Program-made: the position numbers and the translations under genes
The notes under the pieces: model-generated
What the model saw: only the letters and a program-made list of their open reading frames with translations
What the model was told of the DNA's origin: nothing
Database searches by the model: none
Part shown: positions 34,083-44,119 of the stretch, piece by piece
Numbering within the stretch: the first letter of the stretch is position 1
Layout of the letters: the number at the start of each line of letters is the position of its first letter
Source of the DNA: an uncultured Gemmatimonadales bacterium
GTDB lineage: Bacteria > Gemmatimonadota > Gemmatimonadetes > Gemmatimonadales > GWC2-71-9
NCBI GenBank assembly: GCA_963773095.1
Contig: CAVYZY010000002.1
Location: 267,649 to 331,648 of the forward strand
Length of the DNA stretch: 64,000 nucleotides
Direction: 5' to 3'

Positions 34083-35449
34083 ACGTCCCGAAGGGCGTGT
34101 TCCGCCAGTACGACGTGCGCGGCCTCGTGGATGGCGAGCTGACGCCGGCGTTCGCACGGGCCCTCGGCCACGCGTTCGCCAGCGCGGCCTGGGATCACTG
34201 CGGGCACGCGCCCGTGCTGGCCGTCGGCCGCGACAACCGGCCGTCCGGCGCGCCGCTCGCCGCGGCCTTCCGGCAGGGCATCGCGGATGCGGGCGGCACC
34301 GCGGTGGACGTGGGCCTGCTCCCGACACCGGCGCTCTACTTCGCCGTCCAGGATCTCGGCACCGATGGCGGATGCCAGGTGACGGGATCGCACAATCCGC
34401 CGGAGTTCAACGGCTTCAAGATGGTGCTTGCCGGCGGCTCGATGCATGGTGACCACATCCTGGCCCTCTGGGAAGCGATCGTCACCGAGCGCTGGCGCAG
34501 CGGCAGCGGGCGGGAGACGGCCGATGGCACCGTGCTGCCGCGCTACCGCGACGCGATCGTGGCGCGGCACCGGCTCGAGCGGCCGGTGAGCGTCGTGGTG
34601 GACTGCGGCAATGGGGCGGGCAGCGTCATCGCGGTGGAGACGCTGCGCAAGCTCGGCGCCGAGGTGACACCGCTCTTCTGCGAGTCGGACGGCACCTTCC
34701 CGAACCACCATCCCGACCCGACCGTCCCCGAGAACCTGCGCGACCTGCGGGCGGAGGTGCGGCGGCATGGCACGGAGCTCGGCATCGCCTTCGATGGCGA
34801 CGCCGACCGGATCGGCGCCGTCGACGAGACGGGCGAGATTCTCTTCGGCGACCAGCTGCTCGTGCTCTTCGGGCGCGATGCGGTGCGGCGCTTCGGCGTC
34901 GGCACGCCAGTGGTGTTCGACGTGAAATGTTCCGAGGTGCTGCCGCGCGCGCTGACGGAGGCGGGCGCCAGGCCGGAGATGTGGAAGACGGGGCATTCGC
35001 TCATCAAGGCGCGCATGAAGGAACTCCATGCGCCGCTCGCCGGGGAGATGAGCGGGCACATGTTCTTCGGCGGCGACTACTTCGGCTTCGATGATGCGCT
35101 CTTCGCTGCCGCGCGGCTGCTGGAGATCGTGAGCCGGGGCCCGCGGGGGCTGGCGCCGCTGCTGGCCGACCTGCCGAGGACGTTCGCCACGCCGGAACTC
35201 CGGGTCGACTGTCCAGACGACCTCAAGTTCGGGATCGCCGAGCGCGCCGTGGAGCACTTCAGGGCCCGCTATCCCGTCAACACCATCGATGGCGTGCGCA
35301 TGACCTTCCCGAAGGGATGGGGACTGATCCGGTCGTCCAATACTCAGCCGATCCTCGTGCTCCGGTTCGAGGCGACCGAGCCCGCCGCCCTCGCGGCCTA
35401 CCAGGCCGAAGTGATGAGCTGGCTCGCGGAGCAGGGGGTCAGCGCCTAG
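34079..35449 (+). CDS. Phosphomannomutase/phosphoglucomutase (alpha-D-phosphohexomutase family)
   Basis: GTG 34079 overlaps the nuoN stop (GTGA). Active-site loop VTGSHNPPEFNGFK, metal loop FDGDADR, GEMSGH. Confidence 0.88.
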   Translation: MNVPKGVFRQYDVRGLVDGELTPAFARALGHAFASAAWDHCGHAPVLAVGRDNRPSGAPLAAAFRQGIADAGGTAVDVGLLPTPALYFAVQDLGTDGGCQVTGSHNPPEFNGFKMVLAGGSMHGDHILALWEAIVTERWRSGSGRETADGTVLPRYRDAIVARHRLERPVSVVVDCGNGAGSVIAVETLRKLGAEVTPLFCESDGTFPNHHPDPTVPENLRDLRAEVRRHGTELGIAFDGDADRIGAVDETGEILFGDQLLVLFGRDAVRRFGVGTPVVFDVKCSEVLPRALTEAGARPEMWKTGHSLIKARMKELHAPLAGEMSGHMFFGGDYFGFDDALFAAARLLEIVSRGPRGLAPLLADLPRTFATPELRVDCPDDLKFGIAERAVEHFRARYPVNTIDGVRMTFPKGWGLIRSSNTQPILVLRFEATEPAALAAYQAEVMSWLAEQGVSA

Positions 35450-35456
35450 CCGCGCC

Positions 35457-37913
35457 ATGTCGAATGGCATGCGGCGCGCCCTGCTCGCCGCCGGCGTGCT
35501 GGCCCTGGTGCTCTTCGCGGGGCGCTGGACCGCGACCACGCTGGCCGACCGGTGGTGGGGCCTGGCGGTCTCCCCCGCGGCCGCGCAGTTCCTCACCGAC
35601 GTCAACCTCCTCCGCCTTACCCTCGACCTCGCCGGCGTGGTCATCGCCACGGCGTGGTTCACCGGCAACCTGCTCGTGGTCTATCGCGCCATCGGCGGGG
35701 TCGAGGTCTCCCGGCAGATCGCCAACCTCGAGGTGCGCGAGGCGCTGACGCAGCGCACGCTGCTCGCGGGCACCCTCGTCCTCGGCCTGATCCTCGGCCT
35801 GGTCACCGGTGGCGACATTTCGCGCCACTGGCCGGTGATCGCGCTCGCCTGGCAGGGCGTGCAGTTCAACCTCACCGAACCGGTCCTGGGACATGACGCC
35901 GGGTTGTATGTCGCGCAGCTGCCGCTCTGGTCACTGCTGCGCGGCTACGCCTTCGCCCTCGCGCTGACCAGTCTCCTCGTGGTCGTGCTGCTGTACTCCG
36001 TGATCGGCGCGATCCGCTGGATCGACGGGCGGCCCGCCATCAGCGATCATGCGCGCCGCCACCTGGGCTGGCTGCTCGCCGCGCTGGCACTCGTGCTCGG
36101 GTGGGGCCTGCTCCTCGAGCCCTACGAGCTGGTGAGTGGTGCGCTGGGCGATGTCGGCACCAGGCAGTTCCAACTTGCCTCGCTCACCTCACCGGCCCTC
36201 GCCGGGACGGCGCTCATGGTGGCGGTGGTGTCCCTGCTGTGGGCAGTGCGCTCCTCCGTCCTCAAGCTCAACTTCCTGCTGCTCGCTGGATGGGCGGTGC
36301 TCGGCATCGGATGGTTGCTGACCCGCATCGCCGTCGGCTCACTGGTCGTGCCCGGCGACGTGGCGCTGGGTGACATGGCGAGCCGCCGGTCCCTCGATGC
36401 CGCGGCATTCCACCTCGAGTCACTGCACGACACCCTGGCCGTGCCACGGGGCGACGCCGGCACGCCGCCGTCGTGGCCGTCGCTCTGGCAGACGGAGCCG
36501 CTGGTGCGAATCGGCGACGCCGATTCGCTGCTCACCGCCGCGGCCGACCCGGCCTGGATCACGACGCCGGGGGGCCGACGCCCCGTGTGGCTGCTGCTGG
36601 TGACCACGCACGACAGCGTCGCGTCGCTCCGGGCGGTGGCCGACGACCGAACATCCGCCACCGGGGGGCCGCTGTTCTATCACCCGGACGATTCGGTGCC
36701 CGCGCCCGCCCCGGTCGCGTACCTGCAGCTGTCCGATCATGCGCTCTACCCGGGCGCTGCCCGCGTCGTGATCGCCGATGACGTGCGGGGCGTTCCGGTG
36801 ACCGGGCTGGTGCGCCGCGTGGTGCTGGCCTGGGCGCTGCAGGAGCGGAGCCTGCTCGCCGCGCCTGCGCCCGATGCGGCGGTGGACTGGGCGCGCGCGC
36901 CGCAGGCGAGGCTCGCCATGCTCGCGCCCTATGCCGAGTGGTCCCCACCGGTGCCGCGGGTGGAAGGTGGGCGCCTGCTCTGGGTGTCCGACGGCTATCT
37001 GCTCGACGAGCACTTTCCGCTTTCCACGCGGGCGACCCTCGGCGGCCGGCGCGTCGGGATGCTGCACGCGGCATTCGTCGGTGTCGTGGAGGCCGAGGAG
37101 GGGGAAACCCACATTCACCTGCGGCCCGATGCAGGTCCGGTCGCCGATGCGTGGGCGAGGCTCGCATCGGGCGTGGTGGAACCGTGGGACTCGCTGGCAC
37201 CCAGTCTCCGCGCCATGCTCCCGTATCCGGCGGAGTTGTTCCTGGTACAGTCCCGCGTTCTGGAGAGCGCCGAGAGCGGCGCACTGGCCGGACGGGCGGA
37301 CTCGCTGCGCATCACGCCCCCTGTCTCCAGCTTCTTCTGGATGCCGTTGGCTGCCGACGGTCCGGTGCGAACCGCCGAGTACGTCCGCGGTTCAACGGGC
37401 CAGCTGCAGACCTTGCTGGTCGGCTCCTCCGTCGAGGGCCGGCTTGGGATCGCCCAGATCGAGATCGACTCGAGTGTTGGGCTGCCCGGTCCCGCCGGGC
37501 TGGAGCAGCGCTGGGAACGCTTCGCCACGTTCGTCCAGGTGCTCGACTCGGTGCGCGCCGGGGGCGGCGTGCTCAGCGCCGGTGGCGTGCGGTACTGGGT
37601 ATCACCCGGCGCGGTGGGTGCGATGCAGGCGCGGTATGGTCCGCGGGGTGGGGGGGGGGCCTCCGTCACCTGGGTCAGCGTGGCCAGCGGCCCGCGCGTG
37701 GGTGCGGCGCGCACGTTCGGGGAGGCCTGGACCAACCTGCGTGGTGCGACCGTGCCGCAGCCGCCGGGCGCGCCCGGCGGTGCCCTCGTCGACGCGCGGC
37801 GCTGGTTCCGGGTGGCCGACTCGGCCTTCCGGCACGGTGATTTCACCGCGTTCGGGCGCGCCTTCGAGGAACTGCGCGCGGTGCTCGAAGTGCCTCCCGT
37901 CAACCCGCGCTGA
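35457..37913 (+). CDS. UPF0182-family integral membrane protein (function unknown)
   Basis: 818 aa with a multi-TM N-terminal third and a large extracytoplasmic part. Segments recalled from UPF0182 proteins: LWVSDGYLLDEHFPLS, LPYPAELFLVQSRVL and a C-terminal HGDFTAFGRAFEELRAVL. Confidence 0.75.
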   Translation: MSNGMRRALLAAGVLALVLFAGRWTATTLADRWWGLAVSPAAAQFLTDVNLLRLTLDLAGVVIATAWFTGNLLVVYRAIGGVEVSRQIANLEVREALTQRTLLAGTLVLGLILGLVTGGDISRHWPVIALAWQGVQFNLTEPVLGHDAGLYVAQLPLWSLLRGYAFALALTSLLVVVLLYSVIGAIRWIDGRPAISDHARRHLGWLLAALALVLGWGLLLEPYELVSGALGDVGTRQFQLASLTSPALAGTALMVAVVSLLWAVRSSVLKLNFLLLAGWAVLGIGWLLTRIAVGSLVVPGDVALGDMASRRSLDAAAFHLESLHDTLAVPRGDAGTPPSWPSLWQTEPLVRIGDADSLLTAAADPAWITTPGGRRPVWLLLVTTHDSVASLRAVADDRTSATGGPLFYHPDDSVPAPAPVAYLQLSDHALYPGAARVVIADDVRGVPVTGLVRRVVLAWALQERSLLAAPAPDAAVDWARAPQARLAMLAPYAEWSPPVPRVEGGRLLWVSDGYLLDEHFPLSTRATLGGRRVGMLHAAFVGVVEAEEGETHIHLRPDAGPVADAWARLASGVVEPWDSLAPSLRAMLPYPAELFLVQSRVLESAESGALAGRADSLRITPPVSSFFWMPLAADGPVRTAEYVRGSTGQLQTLLVGSSVEGRLGIAQIEIDSSVGLPGPAGLEQRWERFATFVQVLDSVRAGGGVLSAGGVRYWVSPGAVGAMQARYGPRGGGGASVTWVSVASGPRVGAARTFGEAWTNLRGATVPQPPGAPGGALVDARRWFRVADSAFRHGDFTAFGRAFEELRAVLEVPPVNPR
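37650..37659 (+). repeat. G10 homopolymer inside the UPF0182 coding sequence
   Basis: ...CGG GGT GGG GGG GGG GCC..., ten consecutive G at 37650-37659 encoding part of RGGGGA. Confidence 0.95.
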
Positions 37914-38006
37914 CTCTCCGGGGCACGGGCGGGCACCTGCGCTTGCTCGGCCTTGGGGCGGCGGCTACCTTCGGGCCTGTTTTCCCATGGTATCCGAGGA
38001 GCGGCC

Positions 38007-39146
38007 GTGAACATCCATGAGTACCAGGCGCGCGCGCTGCTGAAGGCGGCAGGCGTGCCCATGCTGGACGGCGACGTCGCGTCGACGCCTCCCGTCGCCG
38101 AGGCCATCGCACGGCGCATCGGCGGCAAGGTGGTGGTGAAGGCACAGGTCCACGTCGGCGGACGCGGCAAGGCCGGCGGGGTGAAGCTGGCGGCGTCGCC
38201 CGGCGAGGCAGCGGACGCCGCCGAGCGCATCCTCGGCATGGAGATCAAGGGCCTCACGGTGCACAAGGTGCTCGTGGTGCCGGCTGCCGACATTTCCTCC
38301 GAGGCCTACGTTGGCCTGATCATGGACCGGGAGACGCAGCGACCGGTCTTCATGGTGAGTCCGGCGGGCGGCATTGACATCGAGGAGGTCGCGGCCACGA
38401 CGCCGGAGAAGATCCGCCGGCTCCCGGTCGATCCTACCTACGGACTGCTCCCGCACCAGGCCCTCGCGCTCGCGTTCTTCCTGTACAAGGACTTCGCGCA
38501 GGTGAAGGCGGCGGCGCAGATCCTGGAGCGGCTGTACACCGTCTTCACGCATAATGGCTGTTCGCTCGCCGAGATCAACCCGCTCGTCACCACGCCGGAC
38601 GGCCGCGTGCTCGCGCTCGACGCGAAGGTGGTGATCGACGACAACGAATTGTTCTGGCGTCCCGACCTCGAGGAACTGCGTGACGAGTCGGAGGAGCCAC
38701 TGGCCGAGGCGGCGGCGCGGCGCGCGAACCTTTCGTTCATCAAGCTCGACGGCAACGTGGGCTGCGTGGTGAACGGGGCCGGGCTCGCGATGGCGACGAT
38801 GGACCTGGTGAAGTACTACGGCGGGGAGCCGGCCAACTTCCTCGATATCGGGGGCAGCTCCAATCCCGAGAAGGTGGTGAACGCGCTCAAGATCATCACC
38901 ACCGATCCCAACGTGAAGGCAATCCTCTTCAACATCTTCGGTGGCATCACCCGCACCGACGACGTGGCCAACGGCATCAAGACCGCGCTCGCGCAGTTCC
39001 CGGTGAAGGTGCCGATCGTCGTGCGCCTCACCGGGACCAACGAGGCGGAAGCATTCAGGATCCTCAAGGGCATCGGCATGACAGCCCTCAGTGACATGGA
39101 CGAGGCAGTGAAGCAGGTGGTCCGCGCCGCGCAGGGGGGCGCATGA
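38007..39146 (+). CDS. sucC: Succinyl-CoA synthetase beta subunit
   Basis: GTG 38007 gives (M)[17 protein letters not shown]. Also [18 protein letters not shown] and [13 protein letters not shown]. Confidence 0.92.
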   Translation: MNIHEYQARALLKAAGVPMLDGDVASTPPVAEAIARRIGGKVVVKAQVHVGGRGKAGGVKLAASPGEAADAAERILGMEIKGLTVHKVLVVPAADISSEAYVGLIMDRETQRPVFMVSPAGGIDIEEVAATTPEKIRRLPVDPTYGLLPHQALALAFFLYKDFAQVKAAAQILERLYTVFTHNGCSLAEINPLVTTPDGRVLALDAKVVIDDNELFWRPDLEELRDESEEPLAEAAARRANLSFIKLDGNVGCVVNGAGLAMATMDLVKYYGGEPANFLDIGGSSNPEKVVNALKIITTDPNVKAILFNIFGGITRTDDVANGIKTALAQFPVKVPIVVRLTGTNEAEAFRILKGIGMTALSDMDEAVKQVVRAAQGGA

Positions 39147-40015
39147 GCGTCTTCGTCAACAAGACAAGCCGGGTGCTGGTGCAGGGCATCACCGGCCGGG
39201 AGGGATCGTTCCACACGCGGCAGATGCTCGAATACGGCACGCAGGTGGTGGGCGGCGTCACGCCGGGCAAGGGCGGCCAGCTGTTCGAGGGCAAGGTGCC
39301 GGTGTTCAACACCGTCGCCGACGCCGTAACTGCCACGGGCGCCGACACGGCGGTGGTCTACGTGCCGCCCACGGCGGCTGCCAGCGCGCTGTTCGAGGCG
39401 GCCGACGCCGGCATCAGCCTGATCGTGTGCATCACGGAGGGCATCCCCGTGCAGCACGTCGCGCGCGCGATGCCGTACGTGCGTGCCCGCGGCGTGAGGC
39501 TCATCGGGCCCAACTGCCCGGGGCTCATCACGCCGGGCGAGTCGAAGGTCGGGATCATCCCGGGCAGCATTTGCCTTCCGGGGCGGGTGGGCATCGTGAG
39601 CCGGAGCGGCACGCTCACGTACGAGATCGTGAACCACCTGACGAAGGCGGGCATCGGCCAGAGCACCTGCGTCGGCATCGGCGGCGACCCGCTGATCGGC
39701 ACCAACTTCATCGACGTGCTCCGCGCCTTCCAGGACGACCCCGGGACCGACGCCATCGTCATGATGGGCGAGATCGGCGGGACGGATGAACAGCAGGCAG
39801 CGGCGTTCGTCAGGGCACACGTGACCAAGCCGGTGGTCGGCTTCATCGCGGGGCAGACGGCGCCCAAGGGACGCCGGATGGGTCACGCCGGCGCGATCAT
39901 CTCGGGGTCCTCCGGCACGGCGGAGGAGAAGCTGGCCTCGTTTGCGGCCGCCGGGATGGGGATCATGAAGCGGCCGGTGGACGTCATCGAGCTCGTGAAG
40001 GAACGACTCAAGTAG
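39143..40015 (+). CDS. sucD: Succinyl-CoA synthetase alpha subunit
   Basis: ATGA overlap with suc[27 protein letters not shown], and the phospho-His loop RMGHAGAII. Confidence 0.94.
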   Translation: MSVFVNKTSRVLVQGITGREGSFHTRQMLEYGTQVVGGVTPGKGGQLFEGKVPVFNTVADAVTATGADTAVVYVPPTAAASALFEAADAGISLIVCITEGIPVQHVARAMPYVRARGVRLIGPNCPGLITPGESKVGIIPGSICLPGRVGIVSRSGTLTYEIVNHLTKAGIGQSTCVGIGGDPLIGTNFIDVLRAFQDDPGTDAIVMMGEIGGTDEQQAAAFVRAHVTKPVVGFIAGQTAPKGRRMGHAGAIISGSSGTAEEKLASFAAAGMGIMKRPVDVIELVKERLK

Positions 40016-40047
40016 GTCAATACCGTTCACGCTTTATGGGATCTCAA

Positions 40048-40479
40048 ATGGCTGCCAACCGCACGCTCGCCATCATCAAGCCAGACGCCATTGCCAGCGG
40101 CAAGGCGGGGCACATCATCGCCCACTTGCAGAAGGAGGGGTTCTCCGTCCGGGCCGCCCGGCTGGTGCGGCTGTCGCAGGGCGAGGCCGGGGCGTTCTAC
40201 GCCGTTCACCAGGGGCGCCCGTTCTATCCGGAGCTGGTGACGTTCATGATGAGCGGGCCGTGCATGCCGCTGGCGCTGGAGCGGGCCGACGCGGTGGCGA
40301 CGCTGCGGACGGTGATCGGGGCGACCGACCCGGCGGAGGCGGCGCCGGGCACGATCCGGAGGTTGTACGCCGAGTCGAAGGGTCGGAACGCCATCCACGC
40401 GTCCGACAGCGACGAGAATGCGGCCCGCGAGGTCGGGTTTTTCTTCACCGAGGGGGAGTTGGCGAGCCTCTGGGGCTGA
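40048..40479 (+). CDS. ndk: Nucleoside diphosphate kinase
   Basis: MAANRTLAIIKPDA, with active-site NAIHASDS. An alternative ATG at 40036 adds 4 residues. Confidence 0.9.
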   Translation: MAANRTLAIIKPDAIASGKAGHIIAHLQKEGFSVRAARLVRLSQGEAGAFYAVHQGRPFYPELVTFMMSGPCMPLALERADAVATLRTVIGATDPAEAAPGTIRRLYAESKGRNAIHASDSDENAAREVGFFFTEGELASLWG

Positions 40480-40499
40480 GGAATCCGCACCCCGTTGCC

Positions 40500-40528
40500 T
40501 TGACCTAAGTCCTTCTCCCACTTAGCTT
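40500..40528 (+). promoter_or_regulatory. Promoter candidate for the yceD-rpmF-plsX-fab operon (would give a near-leaderless mRNA)
   Basis: TTGACC (40500-40505), a 17-nt spacer, then TAGCTT (40523-40528). The yceD ATG is at 40537, only 8 nt after the -10 element. Confidence 0.3.
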
Positions 40529-40536
40529 CCGGGGCT

Positions 40537-41004
40537 ATGCTTCGGGTCGATCTCCGGGATTTGAAACACGGGCCGGTAGCCACCACCGGCGTGCTGGCGC
40601 AGGATGATCCCGTTTTCGAAGGGCTGGACCTGTCCCTCACCGGACCGGTGCAGGTGGATGGCCGGCTTCAGGCCAGCGGAGCAGGCGGGTACTTCTGGAA
40701 GGGCCACGTTCGCGGGCAGGTACAGGCACAGTGCCGTCGCTGCCTCTCGGATGTGGCCCTGCCGGTCGATACGGATATCGGGCTCATGTTCAGCAGCGAC
40801 CCCGATCTCCAGGATGATCCCTCGGTGCACGAGTTGGCGCCGTCGGCCACCCAGATCGACCTTGTCGAGTTCGTGCGGGAGGAGCTGGCGCTCGCGGTGC
40901 CGGGATATCCGCTGTGCCGCCCCAACTGCGCCGGACTCTGCCCCCGCTGCGGGGCTGACCTGAACGCGGGACCGTGCGGGTGCACGGTTCCTGACCACGG
41001 ATGA
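40537..41004 (+). CDS. yceD: YceD/DUF177-family protein (large-ribosomal-subunit accumulation protein)
   Basis: 155 aa directly upstream of rpmF. Cys pairs CRRCL ... CRPNCAGLCPRCGADLN are typical of DUF177. Confidence 0.8.
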   Translation: MLRVDLRDLKHGPVATTGVLAQDDPVFEGLDLSLTGPVQVDGRLQASGAGGYFWKGHVRGQVQAQCRRCLSDVALPVDTDIGLMFSSDPDLQDDPSVHELAPSATQIDLVEFVREELALAVPGYPLCRPNCAGLCPRCGADLNAGPCGCTVPDHG

Positions 41005-41011
41005 GGATGTC

Positions 41012-41194
41012 ATGGCCGTACCGAAGCGCAGAACCTCGAAGTCACGCAAGCGGCTCCGCCGGGGCCACCACACCGGCGCCGGCATGGCCACGCAGGCCTG
41101 TCCCCGCTGCAGTTCGCCGCGTCTTCCGCACCGCGTCTGCGGGTCCTGCGGCTACTACGCCGGCAAGAAGCGGATCGAGGTAGAGGACAACTGA
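41012..41194 (+). CDS. rpmF: 50S ribosomal protein L32
   Basis: MAVPKRRTSKSRKRLRRGHH plus the CPRC...CGSCG zinc ribbon. Confidence 0.93.
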   Translation: MAVPKRRTSKSRKRLRRGHHTGAGMATQACPRCSSPRLPHRVCGSCGYYAGKKRIEVEDN

Positions 41195-41196
41195 CG

Positions 41197-42207
41197 GTGA
41201 TCCGCGTCGCGCTGGACGCGATGGGCGGAGACCATGCGCCGCAGGCCGAGATCGAGGGTGCGCTCGCCGCACTCGAAACGCTTCCGGGCGACTTCACGAT
41301 CCAGCTGGTAGGGCGTGTGGATGTGATCGAGGCGGAGCTGGCGCGCCATCCTGGTGCCGACCGGCGCCGCCTCGAGTGCATTGAGGCTCCCGACGTGGTG
41401 GGCATGGCCGAGAAGCCCATCGCCGCCATCCGGAAGAAGCCGAAATCCAGCCTGATGATCGGCATGGGCCTGCAGAAGGCCGGCCAGTCAGATGCGTTCA
41501 TCTCTGCCGGCAACACGGGCGCGTCCCTCGCGGCCGCGACGGTGGTGCTCGGGCTGCACGATGGCGTCATGCGCGCCACGGTGGCGACGCCGTTCCCGAC
41601 GGCCGACGACCCGGTGGTGGTGCTCGATGGCGGGGCCAACGTGGATTGCTCGCCGCGTGAGCTCGTGGGCTTTGCGTACATGGGGACGGTCTATGCCCGC
41701 GACGTGCTGGGCAAGCCCTCGCCGGTCGTCGGCCTGCTCAACGTGGGCGAAGAGGACGAGAAGGGCACGGCCATGGTGAAGGACGCCCACCAGCTGCTCA
41801 AGACGGCGCCGGGCCTCAACTACGTGGGCAACATCGAGGGCCGTGACATCGTCGCCGGCCACGCCAAGCACGGGCACATCGACGTGGTGGTGTGCGACGG
41901 CTTCGTCGGCAACATCGTGCTCAAGTTCTACGAATCGGTCGCACGGCTCATCGTGCGGCTGGTCAAGCGGAACGCCCCCGAGATCCTCGAGCGCGATGAC
42001 GTGCGCGAGGTGTTCCGCATCCTCGATTACTCCGAGTACGGCGGCGCGCCGCTGCTCGGCGTGAAGGGCATCTGCATCATCTGCCACGGCGCGTCGTCCC
42101 CCAATGCCATCAAGAACGCCATCCGGGTCGCGGTGCATTCGGCGCAGGTAGGCCTGAGCCAGCACATCGGCGCCGAATTCGCGGCCATCGCCGCGCGCAG
42201 CGCATGA
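41197..42207 (+). CDS. plsX: Phosphate acyltransferase PlsX
   Basis: IRVALDAMGGDHAP, SAGNTGA, GAPLLGVKGICIICHGASS. Confidence 0.92.
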   Translation: MIRVALDAMGGDHAPQAEIEGALAALETLPGDFTIQLVGRVDVIEAELARHPGADRRRLECIEAPDVVGMAEKPIAAIRKKPKSSLMIGMGLQKAGQSDAFISAGNTGASLAAATVVLGLHDGVMRATVATPFPTADDPVVVLDGGANVDCSPRELVGFAYMGTVYARDVLGKPSPVVGLLNVGEEDEKGTAMVKDAHQLLKTAPGLNYVGNIEGRDIVAGHAKHGHIDVVVCDGFVGNIVLKFYESVARLIVRLVKRNAPEILERDDVREVFRILDYSEYGGAPLLGVKGICIICHGASSPNAIKNAIRVAVHSAQVGLSQHIGAEFAAIAARSA

Positions 42208-43196
42208 GCCGGGCCCCCATTGCGGCCTTCCGGGGCCTGGGCGTGGCCGTGCCGCAGACGGTCGTCACCAACGAGGACCTGAGCAGGACGCTCGAAACCT
42301 CCGATCAGTGGATCGTGGAGCGCACCGGCATCCGTGAGCGCCGGGTGGCGCGCGCGGACGAGTCCCTGACGCAGCTCACCGCCGAGGCCAGCCGCATGGC
42401 GCTGGCGCGCGCGGGCATGAGTGCCGGCGAGCTCGATGCCATCGTCGTGGCCACGGTGACGCCCGACCGGCGGATGCCCTCGCAGGCGTGTGACCTGCAG
42501 GCAGTGCTCGGCGCCAACCGGGCCGCCGCCTTCGACATCATCGCCGCCTGCCCGGGGTTCGTGTTCGCCTCGGGCGTGGCCGAGGGCCTCATCGCCACCG
42601 GGACCTACAAGAACGTCCTGATCCTGGGCGCCGAGCGCCTGTCGACCATCACCGACTGGCAGGACCGGAGCACGGCCGTGCTGTTCGGCGACGGCGCAGG
42701 CGCGGCGGTGCTGACGCCGGCCACCGGTGATGGCCGCGGAATCCTGTCCGCCTATCTCAGGTCGGACGGGCGCCTGGCCGAGCTGCTCTACATCCCGGTG
42801 GGCGGCGGCATGAACCCGCTCACCGCCGAGAACGTGAACGATCGGGGCCAGTACATGAAGATGGCCGGCCGCGAGGTGTTCAAGGCGGCAGTGAAAGCAA
42901 TGGGCGAGGCTTGCGACGAGGCACTGCGCCGCGCCGGCGTCACGGCGGAGGAGATCGAGCTCTTCGTGCCGCACCAGGCCAACCTGCGGATCATCGAGGC
43001 GACGGCGAAGCACTCGAACATCCCGATGAGCAAGGTAATGGTGAACGTGGAGCGGTACGGCAACACGTCGGCCGCGTCCATCCCGCTCGCACTGGCCCAG
43101 GCCGAGGAAGAGGGCCGGCTCAAGCCGGGCACGCTGATCCTTCTCGTGGCGTTCGGCGCCGGCTTCACCTGGGGTGCGACGGTCGTCCGGTGGTAA
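42204..43196 (+). CDS. fabH: 3-oxoacyl-ACP synthase III
   Basis: SDQWIVERTGIRERR, active-site AACPGF, GNTSAASIPLAL, AFGAGFTWGA. Confidence 0.93.
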   Translation: MSRAPIAAFRGLGVAVPQTVVTNEDLSRTLETSDQWIVERTGIRERRVARADESLTQLTAEASRMALARAGMSAGELDAIVVATVTPDRRMPSQACDLQAVLGANRAAAFDIIAACPGFVFASGVAEGLIATGTYKNVLILGAERLSTITDWQDRSTAVLFGDGAGAAVLTPATGDGRGILSAYLRSDGRLAELLYIPVGGGMNPLTAENVNDRGQYMKMAGREVFKAAVKAMGEACDEALRRAGVTAEEIELFVPHQANLRIIEATAKHSNIPMSKVMVNVERYGNTSAASIPLALAQAEEEGRLKPGTLILLVAFGAGFTWGATVVRW

Positions 43197-44119
43197 CGGT
43201 GCTGCTGTGCCCGGGGCAGGGCGCGCAGAAGGTCGGCATGGGCCGCGACCTGGCGGAGCGCTTCCCCGCGGCGCGCGACACCTTCCTCGCGATCGATGAG
43301 GCGCTGGGTGCGCCGCTCTCGCGACTCATGTGGGAGGGGCCGGAGGAGGAACTCACGCGGACGCACAATGCGCAGCCGGCCATCCTCGCGCACACCTGTG
43401 CCGTGCTGTCGGTGGTGGGGGAGAAGCTGGGGCGGGTGGTGGCTGGCGCCGGGCACAGCCTGGGCGAGTACAGCGCCTACGTCGCGGCCGGCGCCCTGAC
43501 GCCGACCGATGGTGCGCGGGTGGTGCGGCGACGGGGCGAGCTGATGCTGGAGGCGGGGCAGGCACGGGCCGGCGCGATGGTGGCGGTGATCGGGCTCGGC
43601 GCCGCCGAGGTGACGGCGCACTGTGCGGCCGCGTCGAGCGACGGCGAGATTGTGATACCGGCAAACCTCAACGCTCCCGACCAGACCGTCATTTCCGGGG
43701 ATTCCGCCGCCGTCGCGCGCGCGGGAGACGCCTGCCGCGCCGCGGGCGCCAAGCGCGTCCTCCCACTCAAGGTCAGCGGGGCGTTCCATTCGCCACTCAT
43801 GGCGCCGGCGGTTCCGGGACTCCGCGCGGCACTCGAGGCGGCGGCGTTCGCCGCGCCGCGCTTTCCAGTGGTGGCCAACGCGACCGCGCTGCCGGTGCGA
43901 GACATCACGCGGGCGCGGGCACTGCTGGCCGACCAGGTAGTGTCCCCGGTGCGATGGGTGGAGTGCATGCAGACCTGCGCGGTGGACCATCCGCGCGCGC
44001 GGTTCCTCGAGGTCGGGCCGGGCAGCGTTCTGAGCGGGCTGCTCAAGCGCATCGTGCCCGGCATGGCGGGGATCACGCTCGGCACGGCCGCCGAAGTCGA
44101 GAAGTTCCTCGCCGCATGA
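43190..44119 (+). CDS. fabD: Malonyl CoA-ACP transacylase
   Basis: LLCPGQGAQKVGMG, active site GHSLGEYSA, VSGAFHSPLM. Start is GTG 43190 or GTG 43199. Confidence 0.9.
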   Translation: MVTVLLCPGQGAQKVGMGRDLAERFPAARDTFLAIDEALGAPLSRLMWEGPEEELTRTHNAQPAILAHTCAVLSVVGEKLGRVVAGAGHSLGEYSAYVAAGALTPTDGARVVRRRGELMLEAGQARAGAMVAVIGLGAAEVTAHCAAASSDGEIVIPANLNAPDQTVISGDSAAVARAGDACRAAGAKRVLPLKVSGAFHSPLMAPAVPGLRAALEAAAFAAPRFPVVANATALPVRDITRARALLADQVVSPVRWVECMQTCAVDHPRARFLEVGPGSVLSGLLKRIVPGMAGITLGTAAEVEKFLAA

